From positions 1 through 48,639 of the forward strand of contig WELA01000646.1 of assembly GCA_009602735.1 (NCBI GenBank): a DNA stretch of 48,639 bases, read 5' to 3'. The DNA comes from Mesotaenium endlicherianum (lineage: Eukaryota). The notes beneath the pieces are model-generated. The model was given only the letters and a program-made list of their open reading frames with translations. It was not told the origin of the DNA and searched no databases. Every line of letters starts with the position of its first letter. Position 1 is the stretch's first letter. This document shows positions 34,351 to 46,100 of this stretch, piece by piece. Position numbers and translations under genes: made by a program.

Positions 34351-37300
34351 TCATCCCCCTCCTCAAGATGCGACGTCCTCGACGCATTCTGCAGAGAACG
34401 TCTTAACTTACTCTTACAATCAGTCAAGTTGGCCTCTGGCTCCCAAGTGTTGTCGTCCGCATGGTAGCCTTTCCACTTGACCATATACTCTTGGGTAATT
34501 CGTTGACCTCGCTTGACTCGTCGATCGCTGACAATCGCCTCCACTTCATATTCCAATACATCATCGATCTTGACCGGTGGTGGCAGTGTAGGTAGTTGTC
34601 CTAGATGTCCTTCATTCGGGTCAACGTATGGCCGTAGACAACTGACATGGAACACGTCATGGATACGCCAGCCTGAAGGAAGTTCCAACTTGTAGGCCAC
34701 TGGATTCACCTGCTTGAGCACCACAAAGGGACCTGTAAACCGTGCCCGCAGTTTCCTCTTGCCTGTGAAAGGTAGGTTCTCTGTGGACAAGAGTACTTTG
34801 TCGCCCACATGGAATGTCACTTCCCTCCTGTGCTTGTTAGCATGCTTGACCTGCTCTTCCTGTGCCTTCCGAATACACGTCTTCGCCATATCCCAAGTCT
34901 TGGCCATCTGCTCCATAAAAGCTTGTGTAGTAGGAACCTGAGTCTCCTTGGCCTTCTCCAACAAGATGTTCCCTGGATGATATACTTCTCGCCCATAAAC
35001 CATAGCGAATGGTGACTGCTTGGTGGATCCCTGCATGCTGTTGTTGTAGGCAAACTCCAATCCTGGCAGCTTCTTGTCCCACTCTGAAGGGTCCTCCATA
35101 GTGAAACTCCTGAGCACCTCTTGCAGAGTTCTGTTGAGCCACTCACTCTGCCCATCTGTCTGAGGGTGATAGGAAGTGCTCATACTCAGCTTGATCCCCA
35201 TCAAAGTAAACAATGACCGCTAAAAGTTGCTAGTGAACCTTGGATCCCGATCTGAAACGATCACCTTCGGCAACCCATGTAGCTTGAAAATATAATCAAA
35301 GAATAGCCGTGCCACATCCGCTGCCGTAGAAGTCTCCTTCATGGGAATGAAGTGAGCCATCTTGCTGAGTCTGTCAGACACAACCCATACTGCATCGTGC
35401 CCTTGACCACTGACTGGTAACGATGTGATGAAGTCCATAGCAATCTGCTCCCTGGGATACTCTGGAATAGGCAGGGGCTGCAATGTACCTCCCTTCTTTT
35501 GATTTGGTGTCTTGTTTCTCTGGCACGCATCGCAACTCCTGATCCACTCCTCGATGTCTTTGTCCATATTTCTCCAGTAGTATTCCCGCTTCAGCACGCT
35601 TGCCGTCTTCTCGTTTCCAAAGTGTCCAGCATATAAGCAGTCATGATGCTCCGCAAGTAGTAAGTCTCGTAGCTCCTTGATGTCAGGTACCACCACTCTC
35701 TTGGAATCACCATAATACCATATGCCGTCTTTCTTCTGCATACTCGAGTTGGACTCAGCTGCTCCACCATCAGCAAACTCTGGGTCCTCCTCATAACCTC
35801 TCTGAAGCTTCTTCTTGAAGTCCATATTCTCCTTAATGACTGAAACAGCTGCAAGGTCACACCTCCTGGATAGAGCGTCTGCAGGGTTGATCTTCCCAGG
35901 TAAGTACTCAATCTTGTGGTCGAACTGTTGCAGAAACTCCATCCACCTTGCTTGTCTTGGTGTCAACGTTGGCTGCGTCATAAACTTCTCCAAGCTCTTG
36001 TGGTCGGTCTTGATGAACACCTTCCGGCCGTCCACATAACATCGCCAAATCCTCAAAGCCTGGATAATAGCCAACATCTCCCGCTCGTGTGCTGCATAGT
36101 TCTGCTCAGCAGGACTCAACTTCCTGCTCTCATATGCCACAGGCTGCAATCCTTTGCCCTGGTCCTGGAGAAGAATGGCTCCCACTGCAAAGTTTGATGC
36201 GTCCGTGATGATGGTGAAAGGAAGCTCTGGACTGGCAATTGCCAACACAGGTGCCTGTGTCAACAGCTCCTTAATCTTCTCAAAGGCTTGCTGCTCCTTG
36301 TCACCCCATAGCCACTTCTCCTGCTTCTTCAACATGTCCGTGAGCGGTGCACACACCTTGGCAAATCCTTCAATGAAACGTCGGTAATAATTCGCCATGC
36401 CGAGGAAACTCCTGAGTTGATGAATATCAGCAGGTACCGGCCAATCTCTGACTGCTTGCACCTTCTTCTGCTCCACCTTGACTCCTTCAGCTCCCACTAT
36501 GTGTCCAAGAAACTCGACCTCCTTGAGACAGAAGTCGCACTTGCTCATCTTCCCATACAGCTTTTGATCTCTCAAGACCTCCAACACCTTCCTCAGATGC
36601 TCCACATGCTCTTCCAAGGTCTTCGAATAGATCAGGATGTCGTCCAAAAATACCACCACAAACTGGTCCAAGTAGGGTCTGAAGATACTATTCATGAGTC
36701 CCATGAATGTAGCAGGTGCATTAGTCAATCCAAAAGGCATGACTGTGAACTCGAACAAACCATAGCGAGTTCTGAAAGCAGTCTTCTGAACGTCTCCTTC
36801 CGCAATCCGTACCTGGTGATAGCCACTCCTCAAATCGATCTTCGAGAAATACTTCGCCCCGACAAGCCTGTCAATCAACTCGTCCACTCGTGGAAGTGGG
36901 TACCTGTTCTTGATGGTGACCTTGTTGAGTGCCCGGTAGTCGACACACATCCTCATAGTCCCATCCTTCTTCTTCACAAATAAGACTGGCGCTGCAAATG
37001 GAGACTCGCTGGGTCGGATGAATCCCTTCTCCAATAACTCTGTCAGCTGCTTCTTCAACTCATCCAACTCCGCAAACGATTGTCGATAGGCGGGTCTCAC
37101 TGGTGGCTTGCTCCCTGGTTCCAACTCAATCTTGTGCTCCATAGCTCTCTGTGGAGGTAATCCTGCAGGTAGCTCCTCAGGAAATACGCACTTGAACTCC
37201 TCCAACAGCGCCTTAATTTGGGCAGGCATCTCAGCAGGCTTCTTCTCTTGAGCAGTTGGGCTCTGCTCCTTCTGAGCAAGGGGATCAGACACCACTACTT

Positions 37301-37958
37301 GCTCCTCCGGCGATGTACATTCGCCCAGGCTGTTAGGATTCACGCTTGCTCCATCTGATGACCTGGCCAGGGCCACCGAAACAAGGTACATCTCCTTCAC
37401 CTGATTCGCCCTGCATAGCTTCTTAACTTGCAGGCTCGACAGAAGACAGTTACTTGTGGTCGTATCTACCTCCACCTGTTTCGCTGTCTCCATTCGACCA
37501 TCACGCCCTTGGACTTTCACTTGTCCTGTGCTCCAGTGCACTTGAGGGTTGGCTTTCCTCAGCCATGGTCGGCCCAATATCACCTCATGGTGACCCAACT
37601 CTGCCTGCTCCATAACTTCCTTACTCCGGTGCCCCGCTACTTCCACGTGAATAGCTTCCGTAGGTGCACCACACTTGAGTCTCTGCCCATTCGCCAAAAT
37701 TGCCTCCTTAGGCTCATAATGCTTCTGCACAGGGACTCGCCACTCTTTCACCAGCTTCTTGTGCACAAAGTTTGCACTTGCGCCACTGTCGACCATACAC
37801 TTCGCATTATTGCCGTCGACCACTCCTTCCACGATGATAGGCTTGTCAACGTCTCGTCCTTTGCTTCTCGGCAGGCTCCTGGGGATAACCTCCTTGTGAG
37901 TTCTCGTCTTCACGCCAGTAGACACACCAGAACGACTTACTGGCGTCCTCCTTTTTCC
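34317..37958 (-). pseudogene. pol: Family D pol (PR-RT-RH-INT-chromodomain) with a single TAG at 35220-35222
   Basis: [28 protein letters not shown]...GH...CDAC, SDRDPRF, DGQSE; chromodomain EYEVEAIV...YMVKWKGYHADDNTWEP. The ORF runs through the PPT into the LTR. Confidence 0.95.
37900..37958 (-). promoter_or_regulatory. Predicted -1 ribosomal frameshift signal
   Basis: G_GAA_AAA heptamer, 5-nt spacer and a perfect 9-bp stem ACGCCAGTA/TACTGGCGT. pol is in the -1 frame. Confidence 0.75.
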
Positions 37959-38980
37959 TGTTGTTGAGGTTGTTTCGCCTTCACATGACAGTCTCGAGCC
38001 AGATGTCCAAGCTTGCCGCAATTATAGCAGGGTCCTCTCGGCTTCAAATTCTGCTGCCTGCGCTGGTACTGCACAAGTCCCAACTCCATGGGTACTGGAC
38101 CTTGAACATTCGTGCTTGGCGCTTGAGATCCAAAGTGTCGATATCCTCCAAAGTTGTGGCTGCCCCACTGCCTCTGACTATACTCCACAGCGTCGACCCT
38201 TGTTGCCAATGCCATCATTTCTCCAAGACTGGTAGGGTCCTTGAGCGCCACTTCCTTGGCCACAGTTGGCTTGAGTCCCCTCTTGAACTTGTCCATCATC
38301 TCTGACTCGTGCATGGATGGACATTGAAGCACCAGCTCGTTGAAGCGCGATACATACTCCTGAACGCTTCCTCGCTGACGAAGGCGCACCAATAGATCTC
38401 GAGCGGTANTTCGAGCGGTAGCCTCGGGCGCAATAGGTTGAAGTTGCCTCTTCAAGCCTTCAAAGAGCTGATTAACAGTAGCAGGAACTCCAAACAACTG
38501 CTCTTCTCGTTCATACCAAGCTCCAGCACTCTTCTGCAGCAAAGTTATGACAAAGGCGACTTGCCTGTCGGGCGTGAGCGCAGAATACTCCATAAACTTC
38601 TTCACTCCAAAAATCCATTGATGAACAGGCGGCGATCCACGCTCTCCAGTATAAACTTCAGGCTTAGGTGCACGCACTCCTGATGCGGGTGGAATAACTG
38701 GTTGCACCACTGGGTTAACATGAATCGGTGGTACAACAGGTGCAGGTGCCGAACTCGTCGAAGCGGCGTTCCCCATAACAACTTGCACCATTCTCTCCAC
38801 CTCCGCGCGCATATTTTGTTGAAACTGGGTGTAGACTTCTCCTCCAATTGCATTTGCCATTTGTCTTAGCATCGCCTGCATCTCTTGTTGCTCTCTGGTC
38901 ATTGTTGGTGCTGCCTGCTGCCCCGCGCGCTCAACATGCTCGACATGTTCGCCTCCTCCAGCTGCCGACTGCGACTCCAT
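37937..38980 (-). CDS. gag: Family D Gag
   Basis: [50 protein letters not shown]. Confidence 0.95.
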   Translation of the reverse strand: MESQSAAGGGEHVEHVERAGQQAAPTMTREQQEMQAMLRQMANAIGGEVYTQFQQNMRAEVERMVQVVMGNAASTSSAPAPVVPPIHVNPVVQPVIPPASGVRAPKPEVYTGERGSPPVHQWIFGVKKFMEYSALTPDRQVAFVITLLQKSAGAWYEREEQLFGVPATVNQLFEGLKRQLQPIAPEATARXTARDLLVRLRQRGSVQEYVSRFNELVLQCPSMHESEMMDKFKRGLKPTVAKEVALKDPTSLGEMMALATRVDAVEYSQRQWGSHNFGGYRHFGSQAPSTNVQGPVPMELGLVQYQRRQQNLKPRGPCYNCGKLGHLARDCHVKAKQPQQQEKGGRQ

Positions 38981-39000
38981 AATATAACATGCAAACTAGT

Positions 39001-39015
39001 CCTGCTCCGATACCA
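39001..39015 (-). promoter_or_regulatory. Primer binding site, tRNA-iMet type
   Basis: TGGTATCGGAGCAGG, 2 nt after the 5' LTR. Confidence 0.9.
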
Positions 39016-39017
39016 GA

Positions 39018-39761
39018 TGAAAGGGGCAAAGTGCCCTAGTGGAAGCGTAGTGACTCACGAGGAAAGGAACTAGTTGCCATCATACTAGAGAGTGCAGCGG
39101 CATATCATTAACAAAGCTTAGGAAAAATACTCAACATTGTGAGTAGCAAGAAACTGCTCACAATTGATGTAGGATGAAAGGCCTTGTCATTACAAACCCG
39201 TAGGAATTTACAGAAGTGAAAACTGATAAGAAACAAAAAAGTTATGCCTATTTATAATTTTCTGCCTAAGTGCTCCTGCCTAGGAGGAAGCTACGGATTT
39301 TCCTAAGTGTTCGTCAAATCGTCCCTTCCAGAATATTCGTGAGTAAGCCAGATCAGTCTAATCTGACGTGTCGGGCCGAATTGACGTCCACATACATGCA
39401 TCGACATTACTAGAATATTCTATCTCAGACGCGCTAGGCTAAACCGAAACTTCTAGGTAAATCGACCTAGTCGGCACTCCGCGTCAGCCGAACTTACGTG
39501 AAGGTTCGAGTTCATTCTAACGGGCCAGATCGCTCGACGCTGTCGGTCAATCCGACGGTCGCGCTCACCGCGAATTAAGGACAGTCGTCAACCGACCTCA
39601 AAATTAATTAAACTTCGGAAATCCATAACTCTCTCAATACTTGACCAAATTCGATGAACTTTATATTAAAATGACCACAAAAATGAACTCTATACTACTA
39701 TACAATCAAAACATACTTTCATGAAACTCAAAAATGCACTTTATAAACCTATGACCTTACA
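39018..39761 (-). repeat. Family D 5' LTR
   Basis: Direct repeat of 33606-34350. Confidence 0.95.
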
Positions 39762-39973
39762 TCATCCCCCTCCTCAAGATGCGACGTCCTCGACGCATTC
39801 TGCAGATAACGTCTCAACTTACTCTTACAATGAGTCAAGTTGGCCTCTGGCTCCCAAGTGTTGTCGTCCGCATGGTAGCCTTTCCACTTGACCAGATACT
39901 CTTGGGCAAATCGTTGACCTCGCTTGACTCGTCGATCATTGTAAGGTCATAGGTTTACAATGATCAACGAGTC
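39762..39973 (-). mobile_element. 3' tail (chromodomain end and PPT) of a second family D unit sharing the LTR, ending in a fold-back junction
   Basis: 39762-39937 repeats 34351-34526. It is followed by an inverted LTR tip and an inverted copy of the preceding bases. Confidence 0.85.
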
Positions 39974-41586
39974 TCCAGCCTGCAACAGCCCAGCAACGCG
40001 TCCCTTCGGCCAGCTAGCCAGCGTCTAAGCCACGTCTCTCTGCTCGGACACGAGGGGGCTGACAGCAAACTTGAGAATCAGCAAAGCTGGCCGGCCAGGA
40101 TAGCTTGCGCCAGCTGGCACGCGAAGCGAGAGGCGTCCTCTCGGCCAGGCCTTGAGCTAAACGCGCTGCAAGCCATGCAGGAAGGCAAGGGACGTGAGCG
40201 ACGAACTGACGGACGCAAGGGCAGCTCTTGCCATCTCCTAGAGGGGTGGGTGGGGGGGGGGTTGGGGGTAACCGTAGACGCCCTCCAGTCTTGTAGTGCG
40301 GGGGGCAAAAGTCTCCCCCGAATATTTTGCAGTGCACGACAGCAACCATGGCCGGCCAGCCAGCGCAGCGTTCGACTTCACCTTGCCCACACACGGGAGC
40401 ACACACACATGCTCAATGGCCGCAGCCAGATGTGGGTCGATGTCACCTACAGGTGGCCGTGGGGCAGCGGACAAGGAAATCAGCAGACAGGTGGCAGGCA
40501 GAGGGGCGCAACGTACAGGTGTTAGATGTGTGAGCAAACAGGTGGCAGTAAGAAGGCAATCGGGCTCAGCGGACAGGTCGGCAGATGGGTTCAGCAAATA
40601 GGTAGCGGACAGGTGGCCGACGAATTCAGCCAACGGGTTGCAGATGTAGTCAAGTGACAGTGGGGTGGCATACTGGTGAAAGTGAAAGTCGGGGAACTGG
40701 TGGCAGATGGGTTCCAACGGCCAGGTGGCAAACTGGTGGCAGTCAACGGGCTCAGCTGAGAGGGGGACGACAGGCTGCAAACAGGTTAGGTGGGGAACAG
40801 GTGGCAGCTGGCGGCAGTTGGCAGCCTTCAAACTTTACCGTAAATCCTCCCTCGATTGCATTGGAAGTTACTGCGTGGTGAAACTGAATGGAAGTGAAGG
40901 GCAGCAAGGTGGCGCCCACGAGGTCCCGAGACGCGCCAACAGGAACGGGACAGGAGCAGTTTTTGGTAGCAGCAGATTCGCTGAGTAAACAGCTGGCAGG
41001 CAGCCGGACCAGAGTGACACAGCCACAAAACACGGGCTATCTGTGTGAAAGAAAAAGGTAAGGGGTACACCAAATAGGTAGTTTAGGTTGCCCAAATGAC
41101 TAGGCACAGCCAAACGTGACAATACCTCTTGCTCGGCATGAATGTCTGGTGGCGCACCATATCGGAATCCTCCCTAACTGTAAGGATTGACAGTTGAGAC
41201 CGTGAAATTGTACACCTGCATGAAAAAATATAAATCGAGACAGTGTCACTTGCCCACACAGACAGGCCAGCAAGCTTCAGACTTTCGTATGCAACAGCTG
41301 GAACTTTAGTCCAAGTATTCATCCTCGAGTATGCAAACAGGTCGAAGCCACGAGAATGCGTAAAAGAGATTGAAGGGAAGTGGATTCAGTGAAAGAAGAC
41401 ATAAATATCTTACATGAAACATGAAAGACGACCACTTTCTCCCTTCATGATTTCCTGTCGCCTCTCACATATTTGAAAAGAATTCTAGAACTGAATGCTG
41501 TGACTGAAGCGCAAACGCAAATGCTCGTCTGCATGAAAGTGCTATTGCGTCTTGAGAGTGGTGAAACTAAAGCATTTTAGGGCTCT

Positions 41587-42257
41587 CTTTCCAGGATGCA
41601 GCTTCATCTGGAATTTCTCCAAGCGCTGGAACACTTATCCCAAGTGCTCGAGGTGCTCCTCTATGGACTTGCTGAATACTACTACATTGTCAATGTATGG
41701 CTTAGCGAAATCCAGCCCCTCCAGCGCTTTATCCATAGTCCTCTGAAATATGGCTGGGGCATTTTTCAGTCCAAATGGCATTACTGTCCATTGCCAAAGT
41801 TCCCTTTGAGCCCAGAAAGCAGTCTTACCTCGATCTTCTGTTTTCACAGGGATCTGGTTGAAGCCTTGGCGCAGATCGATAATGCTGAACACCTTTCCGG
41901 TGGTGGCAATTGCAAAGATCCTTTCCGGCGTAGGCATCACATAGCTATCTGGCTCCGTGTAGAGATTCAGTCGCCTGTAATCTCCACACATTCGAGTGGC
42001 AGTGTAATGCCGGCCTCGTCCTTTTTGGCGACTACTACTGTGGGAGCCCCATGCACTGAGGTAGATTTTTCAATCATGCGGAGCTTATGCAGCTCTTCAA
42101 AGGTTTTCTCCACACAGTCCCATTCTGTCTGACTGAGCTTATGCGGCCCTAGTCTGACTGGATAATCAGTAGTTAGTGTGATCTCACACACACTGGCAGT
42201 GGTTCTACCAATCTCCTCCTTAGTGAAAGCAAATACCTTGCGGTATTTCTTCAGCAA
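41587..42257 (-). pseudogene. pol: Family A RT, truncated
   Basis: DYRRLN, IIDLRQGFNQ, MPFGLKNAP, YIDNVVVFS (catalytic D to N). Confidence 0.95.
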
Positions 42258-43667
42258 CCTTTCTCCTTGTGCTCTCTGCTGAGCTCAGACCATTTCCCCA
42301 ATGGCAAAAGTCTCAGTTTCAGGTTGCGTCTCCCCAACAAAGACATCCAGTAGTTGCTACTCCTTAGGTGCAGGTGGGGGCTTCCCGCCCTCATCCTGGC
42401 CCTCAGGCTTTTCTGCCTGATTCTGGCTCTCAGGCTTTGCAGCTTGATTCTTAGGAGGTGGGGTAACAGGCTTTGCAGCTTGCTCCTCCGTTGCCATAAG
42501 TTTGGCAGCCTGTTTCTTAGGCTTTTTACCTTTCTCAATGACGCGTCGCCTCTCCTGCGGTGAGGGGTATGTCAGGCGCCTCCCGATGGGCAGCCTCAGG
42601 ATCATTTCCTCGTCGACTGCAGTCCAACCGGTCCCGGTTCCTCCTTCTTCACGTGGCCGAGGTTGGTTTGCCATTGGAAAACCTGCGGGATCTGTCCTAG
42701 GGCTGATCGCCCAGCCCCATTCTTGCTTAATAATAGCCATGCGGGCGACGGTCGTGCCATACTCCTCCCTTGCGGGTGGTGTGACCATCCATGCCTGCGC
42801 CAATGTTTGCGACCTTTGAGGTGCAGCTAGTTGTGCAAGAAAGGCATCATCTGCTGCGGTCAAGCGGCTGATGGTGTTTCTCAGATCCATCAGTTCCCAT
42901 TCTGGGATTGCAGGTATCATGGGGGCAGGCTCCTCCGACCTCTGTATCCTAAGGTCTGATAGTTGCAACAAGGGCGTGTTCATGCCAGGCGGCACACTAA
43001 TGCCCAATGCCATTGCCCTGCGAACCAAACCATCCTCTCCCTCTCTCTGCACAATATCCCGCAGAGGCGGAGGAGGTGGGGCTGTGGTTCCTCGCGGAAC
43101 GCCCTCTCTCTGAGCCTTCCCCTTATGCTTGAAATATCGCTTTAGCATCCTCCTAAAAGATGCGTTACCCTCACGGGCCACCTTCCTTGGTCTGCTTGCG
43201 CGACTTTCGGGCTTTCCTTGTGCTGTCTCCACTTTAGCAGTGCAGGCTGTCGCCTCCTGCCGTTGCGGCGGTTGTGCGGTTGACTTGGGTTCTGCCACTG
43301 GAAGCCTGGCAGAAGGAGAACGGATGTTGGCGACCTTAATTCTTCATAAAGTTCTGCCGGGCTTGGCCTCATCAGGTGGTCAGCTACCCAGTCGTCTGTC
43401 CTCAGCTCCTGTAAGTCAAGCAGATCCACCTCTGGCGTGGGAAAATGTAGGATTTCTTCCCCAATGTCGTCTTCATTGTTGAGTGATGGTGACTCCAACT
43501 CCGAGAGGCCTTGCATTTCTGCATCCTCTTCCTCCTCCGGCTTCTCTGTTCCAGGAGGCGGTAATTCTTCGTCCCCTCCTGTGTTGAGCCTCGCCATGTT
43601 GATGATGGCTGACTATAGAGCGAGAGCTGCTTTCGCCACTTTCTCTTCCTTGAGTCGAGGGGCGTCT

Positions 43668-44037
43668 GCTTCCGCAGCATACTGATGATCTTCACCATCC
43701 TTCCCCAGTGTTGTGCTCGCAGGTCATTGAATCCCCTCCTGTTCCCAGCTTGTGAGAAAGGTTGACAAGGGAATCCCGCAAAAATCCAGTCAATCCTGTG
43801 ATCATACAGGTCCTCAGACTTCACATCAAGAATGTTTCCTCCAGCAAGACGCACCACACTGGTAGGCACCAATGCCTTGAAGTGGTACATTTGCCGCATC
43901 TCACTCATGACCTCCTCAAATGCTGTAAAAACACTCTCATCATTGTCCACATACAGCACTTTGGATACCTGGATACCTCGCTGAATCAGTGCGATGGTTC
44001 CAGTACCAAGTCCGGCGAACAATTCCAGCACTACTAC
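43668..44037 (-). pseudogene. C5-cytosine DNA methyltransferase, N-terminal half (motifs I-V), inside family A pol
   Basis: VLELFAGLGTG (motif I, SAM binding), LYVDND (II), GNILDV (III), IDWIFAGFPCQPFSQAGNRRGFNDLR (IV with catalytic PC, and V). Ends at a deletion junction near 43667. Confidence 0.92.
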
Positions 44038-44432
44038 TCCTCTCCTGCGAAAAGGATCTTCCATCCTCACAATGCCTTGCGGCAATGGTTCTACTCCAGG
44101 CATCAAATTGGCAGCAGTCTTAACTGGATAAGGAACTGGCAGCAGCTCTTGCGGGCCACGGTCCCTGTTACTCACGGCTTCTAGTTGCTCCATAATCCAA
44201 GGCTGCCAAACCAAGGGAGTCGGCATGTTGATGCTGGTGTAGATCTTCTCTTCGCGTTGCATGATGAGGTCATAATGGTCTGGATACTGGTTATTCACAC
44301 AGCAGTCTAGCAGTCCGTAGTTTGCTTCTCCCGAGCAAACCATTTTTACAGGAATTTCTCCTGTCGGCTGCCGATCTGTCGACTGGTAAGTCACCCTCTG
44401 CTTCCGCAGGTCGATGACCATACCCAGGGGAA

Positions 44433-45837
44433 TCAGAGCTTCTGTCCCCAATANGAAATCAGAGCTTTTGTCCCCAATAGAACATCATAGTTTTCTGCCT
44501 CTGTCACTGTACACTCAATTAGCAGTGACGCTTCCTCAGGTTTCCCCAAGTTTACTGTGATTTCCACAGGCTTGCGGGTGATTCCACAAGACTTTGAAAT
44601 CTGCCCAGATGCAGTCCTCAACTGGAAAAGGACTTTCTTTCAGGTCCCTTGCCGTCAATCCCAGAGCTTTCACAGCTCGCTTTTCCAAGATTATTGGCTG
44701 TGCGCCAGTGTCGAATAGGATGTTGGGAGTGGCCCAGTTGTTAAACGTCAAAACTCTATCCTTGTTCTGCACTCTCACAATGCTGAAATCAGTAGGCAGC
44801 GAAGCGCTGTTCGCGCCTTCCTCAGCTAGGTCCAGCTGCTGTCTAGCTTCCTCAATCGTGAAAAGGTATGTAAGACGCAGATCAGCGAGTGAAAGACAAG
44901 GAATGTGCTGAATCCGGTGTTCCACCAGAGCTTTTAGCTTTTCCAGCGAAAAACTAAATGTCTTGCGTGGCCCAGGCTTGGCTTGTCGTAGCTGCGCAAT
45001 CTCGTTCTCATCGAGAGTGATCCGAAAGGTCTGAGGAAGCTTCCCAGCATTCCTTGGAACCAGGCGGTCATGATCTGCGCGCTCCGCAGCCGTTGCAGCC
45101 ACGGCCTTCTCAGGCGTCAGCTTCTCGCCTTTGCAGACGGTCTTTTCGGCCACATCTGCATCGTAATAGACATTAGGCACATTTAGTCTTGCAAATTGAG
45201 CTTTCAACTCTGCAATCTCTGCACTCATAGCATCATACTTCTGATTACCCTTCCGGTTACCAGAATTATCTTTCTCCTTTTTCTTACCCTTATCTGCCTC
45301 TTTTGTGGCAGCATTAGCCCATAATGGTTTCAGATTTGGGTTCTTGGACCAACACTTATCTTCTGAGTGTCCCTTTTTACTGCAATGTGCGCATACCTGC
45401 GCCTTGCTAGCAGACAATTGCTTAGCATCCGGGTACGCACAATCTCTCTTCTGATGTCCTGATTTCCCGCAGTTCCAACAACCCTCTGCTGTCTCAGCAG
45501 TGTTGGCGTGCTTAGCAAACCTATTGAAAGACCCGCTCTTTTTCTTAAACTGAAAGTAAGAGCTATTGGCCTTGGGCTGAAAGGATTCCTCCCTTCTCTC
45601 AGGAGCCATAAGCGTCCTGGAAGCCTCCTTGTACCAGACTTTACCTTCCTCGACATTGCGTGCTATTTCAGCAGCCTCGTCGATGTTCCAGTCGGTTCCG
45701 CGTTTCGCAGATAGGTGCGGCCTGACCTCCCGATCTGTATCTTTACCCAGACACAATAAGAATTTGTCAGCCACAATCCTAGGCTCATAGATTCCTGCCT
45801 TCTTGGCAAGGTCTACCAATCTGGATTTGACGTCCAC
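44433..45837 (-). pseudogene. gag: Family A gag C-terminal part (two CCHC knuckles) fused in frame to aspartic protease
   Basis: CWNCGKSGHQKRDC, CAHCSKKGHSEDKC, ILFDTGAQ, YDVLLGT. Frameshift near 44620. The gag start is deleted. Confidence 0.9.
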
Positions 45838-46100
45838 TCAGTACCTCACCTGGTACTTGCTGGGCGGCTCATTGCTGATCCCCAGCTCCTAGCCTCGCGG
45901 CTGTCTTGTAAAAACCTCCCCCATCCTTGGGTGTGGGTCATACTGACATTGATTCCTTGCCAGTGGTCTTGACGCCGCCATAACCGCTGACTGCGATGTA
46001 ATCAGTCAAGTGGTCGGTGAGTCAACGTTGACTTTCAGCACTAGGTGGCCGTAGCTTGCGCTGCGCGTGCGACACCGTCAAACGGATAATAGTCGCGACA

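Larger units (their letters stand above)
33606..39761 (-). mobile_element. Ty3/gypsy chromovirus family D, nearly intact
   Basis: LTRs at 33606-34350 and 39018-39761 (about 25 differences by eye), PBS at 39001-39015, PPT at 34351-34364, intact gag, pol with one in-frame stop. Confidence 0.97.
41587..46100 (-). mobile_element. Ty3/gypsy family A copy 2 (5' half: segment Y, gag, protease, DNMT N-terminal half, linker, partial RT), with two internal deletions and 3' truncation
   Basis: 41587-43667 is colinear with about 5554-7583. 45838-46100 is homologous to 2664-2924. Confidence 0.9.

Noticed and set aside
38395..38425. TAR-X-TAR duplication in family D gag
   Set aside because: Duplicated bases around an N indicate an assembly artefact.
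41129..41216. Possible minus-strand exon (tgcag...gtattg)
   Set aside because: Splice-like signals exist but no frame gives a recognisable product.
44425..44480. Short tandem duplication and frameshift at the end of the family A protease
   Set aside because: It straddles a single N with duplicated flanks, typical of a contig-join artefact.
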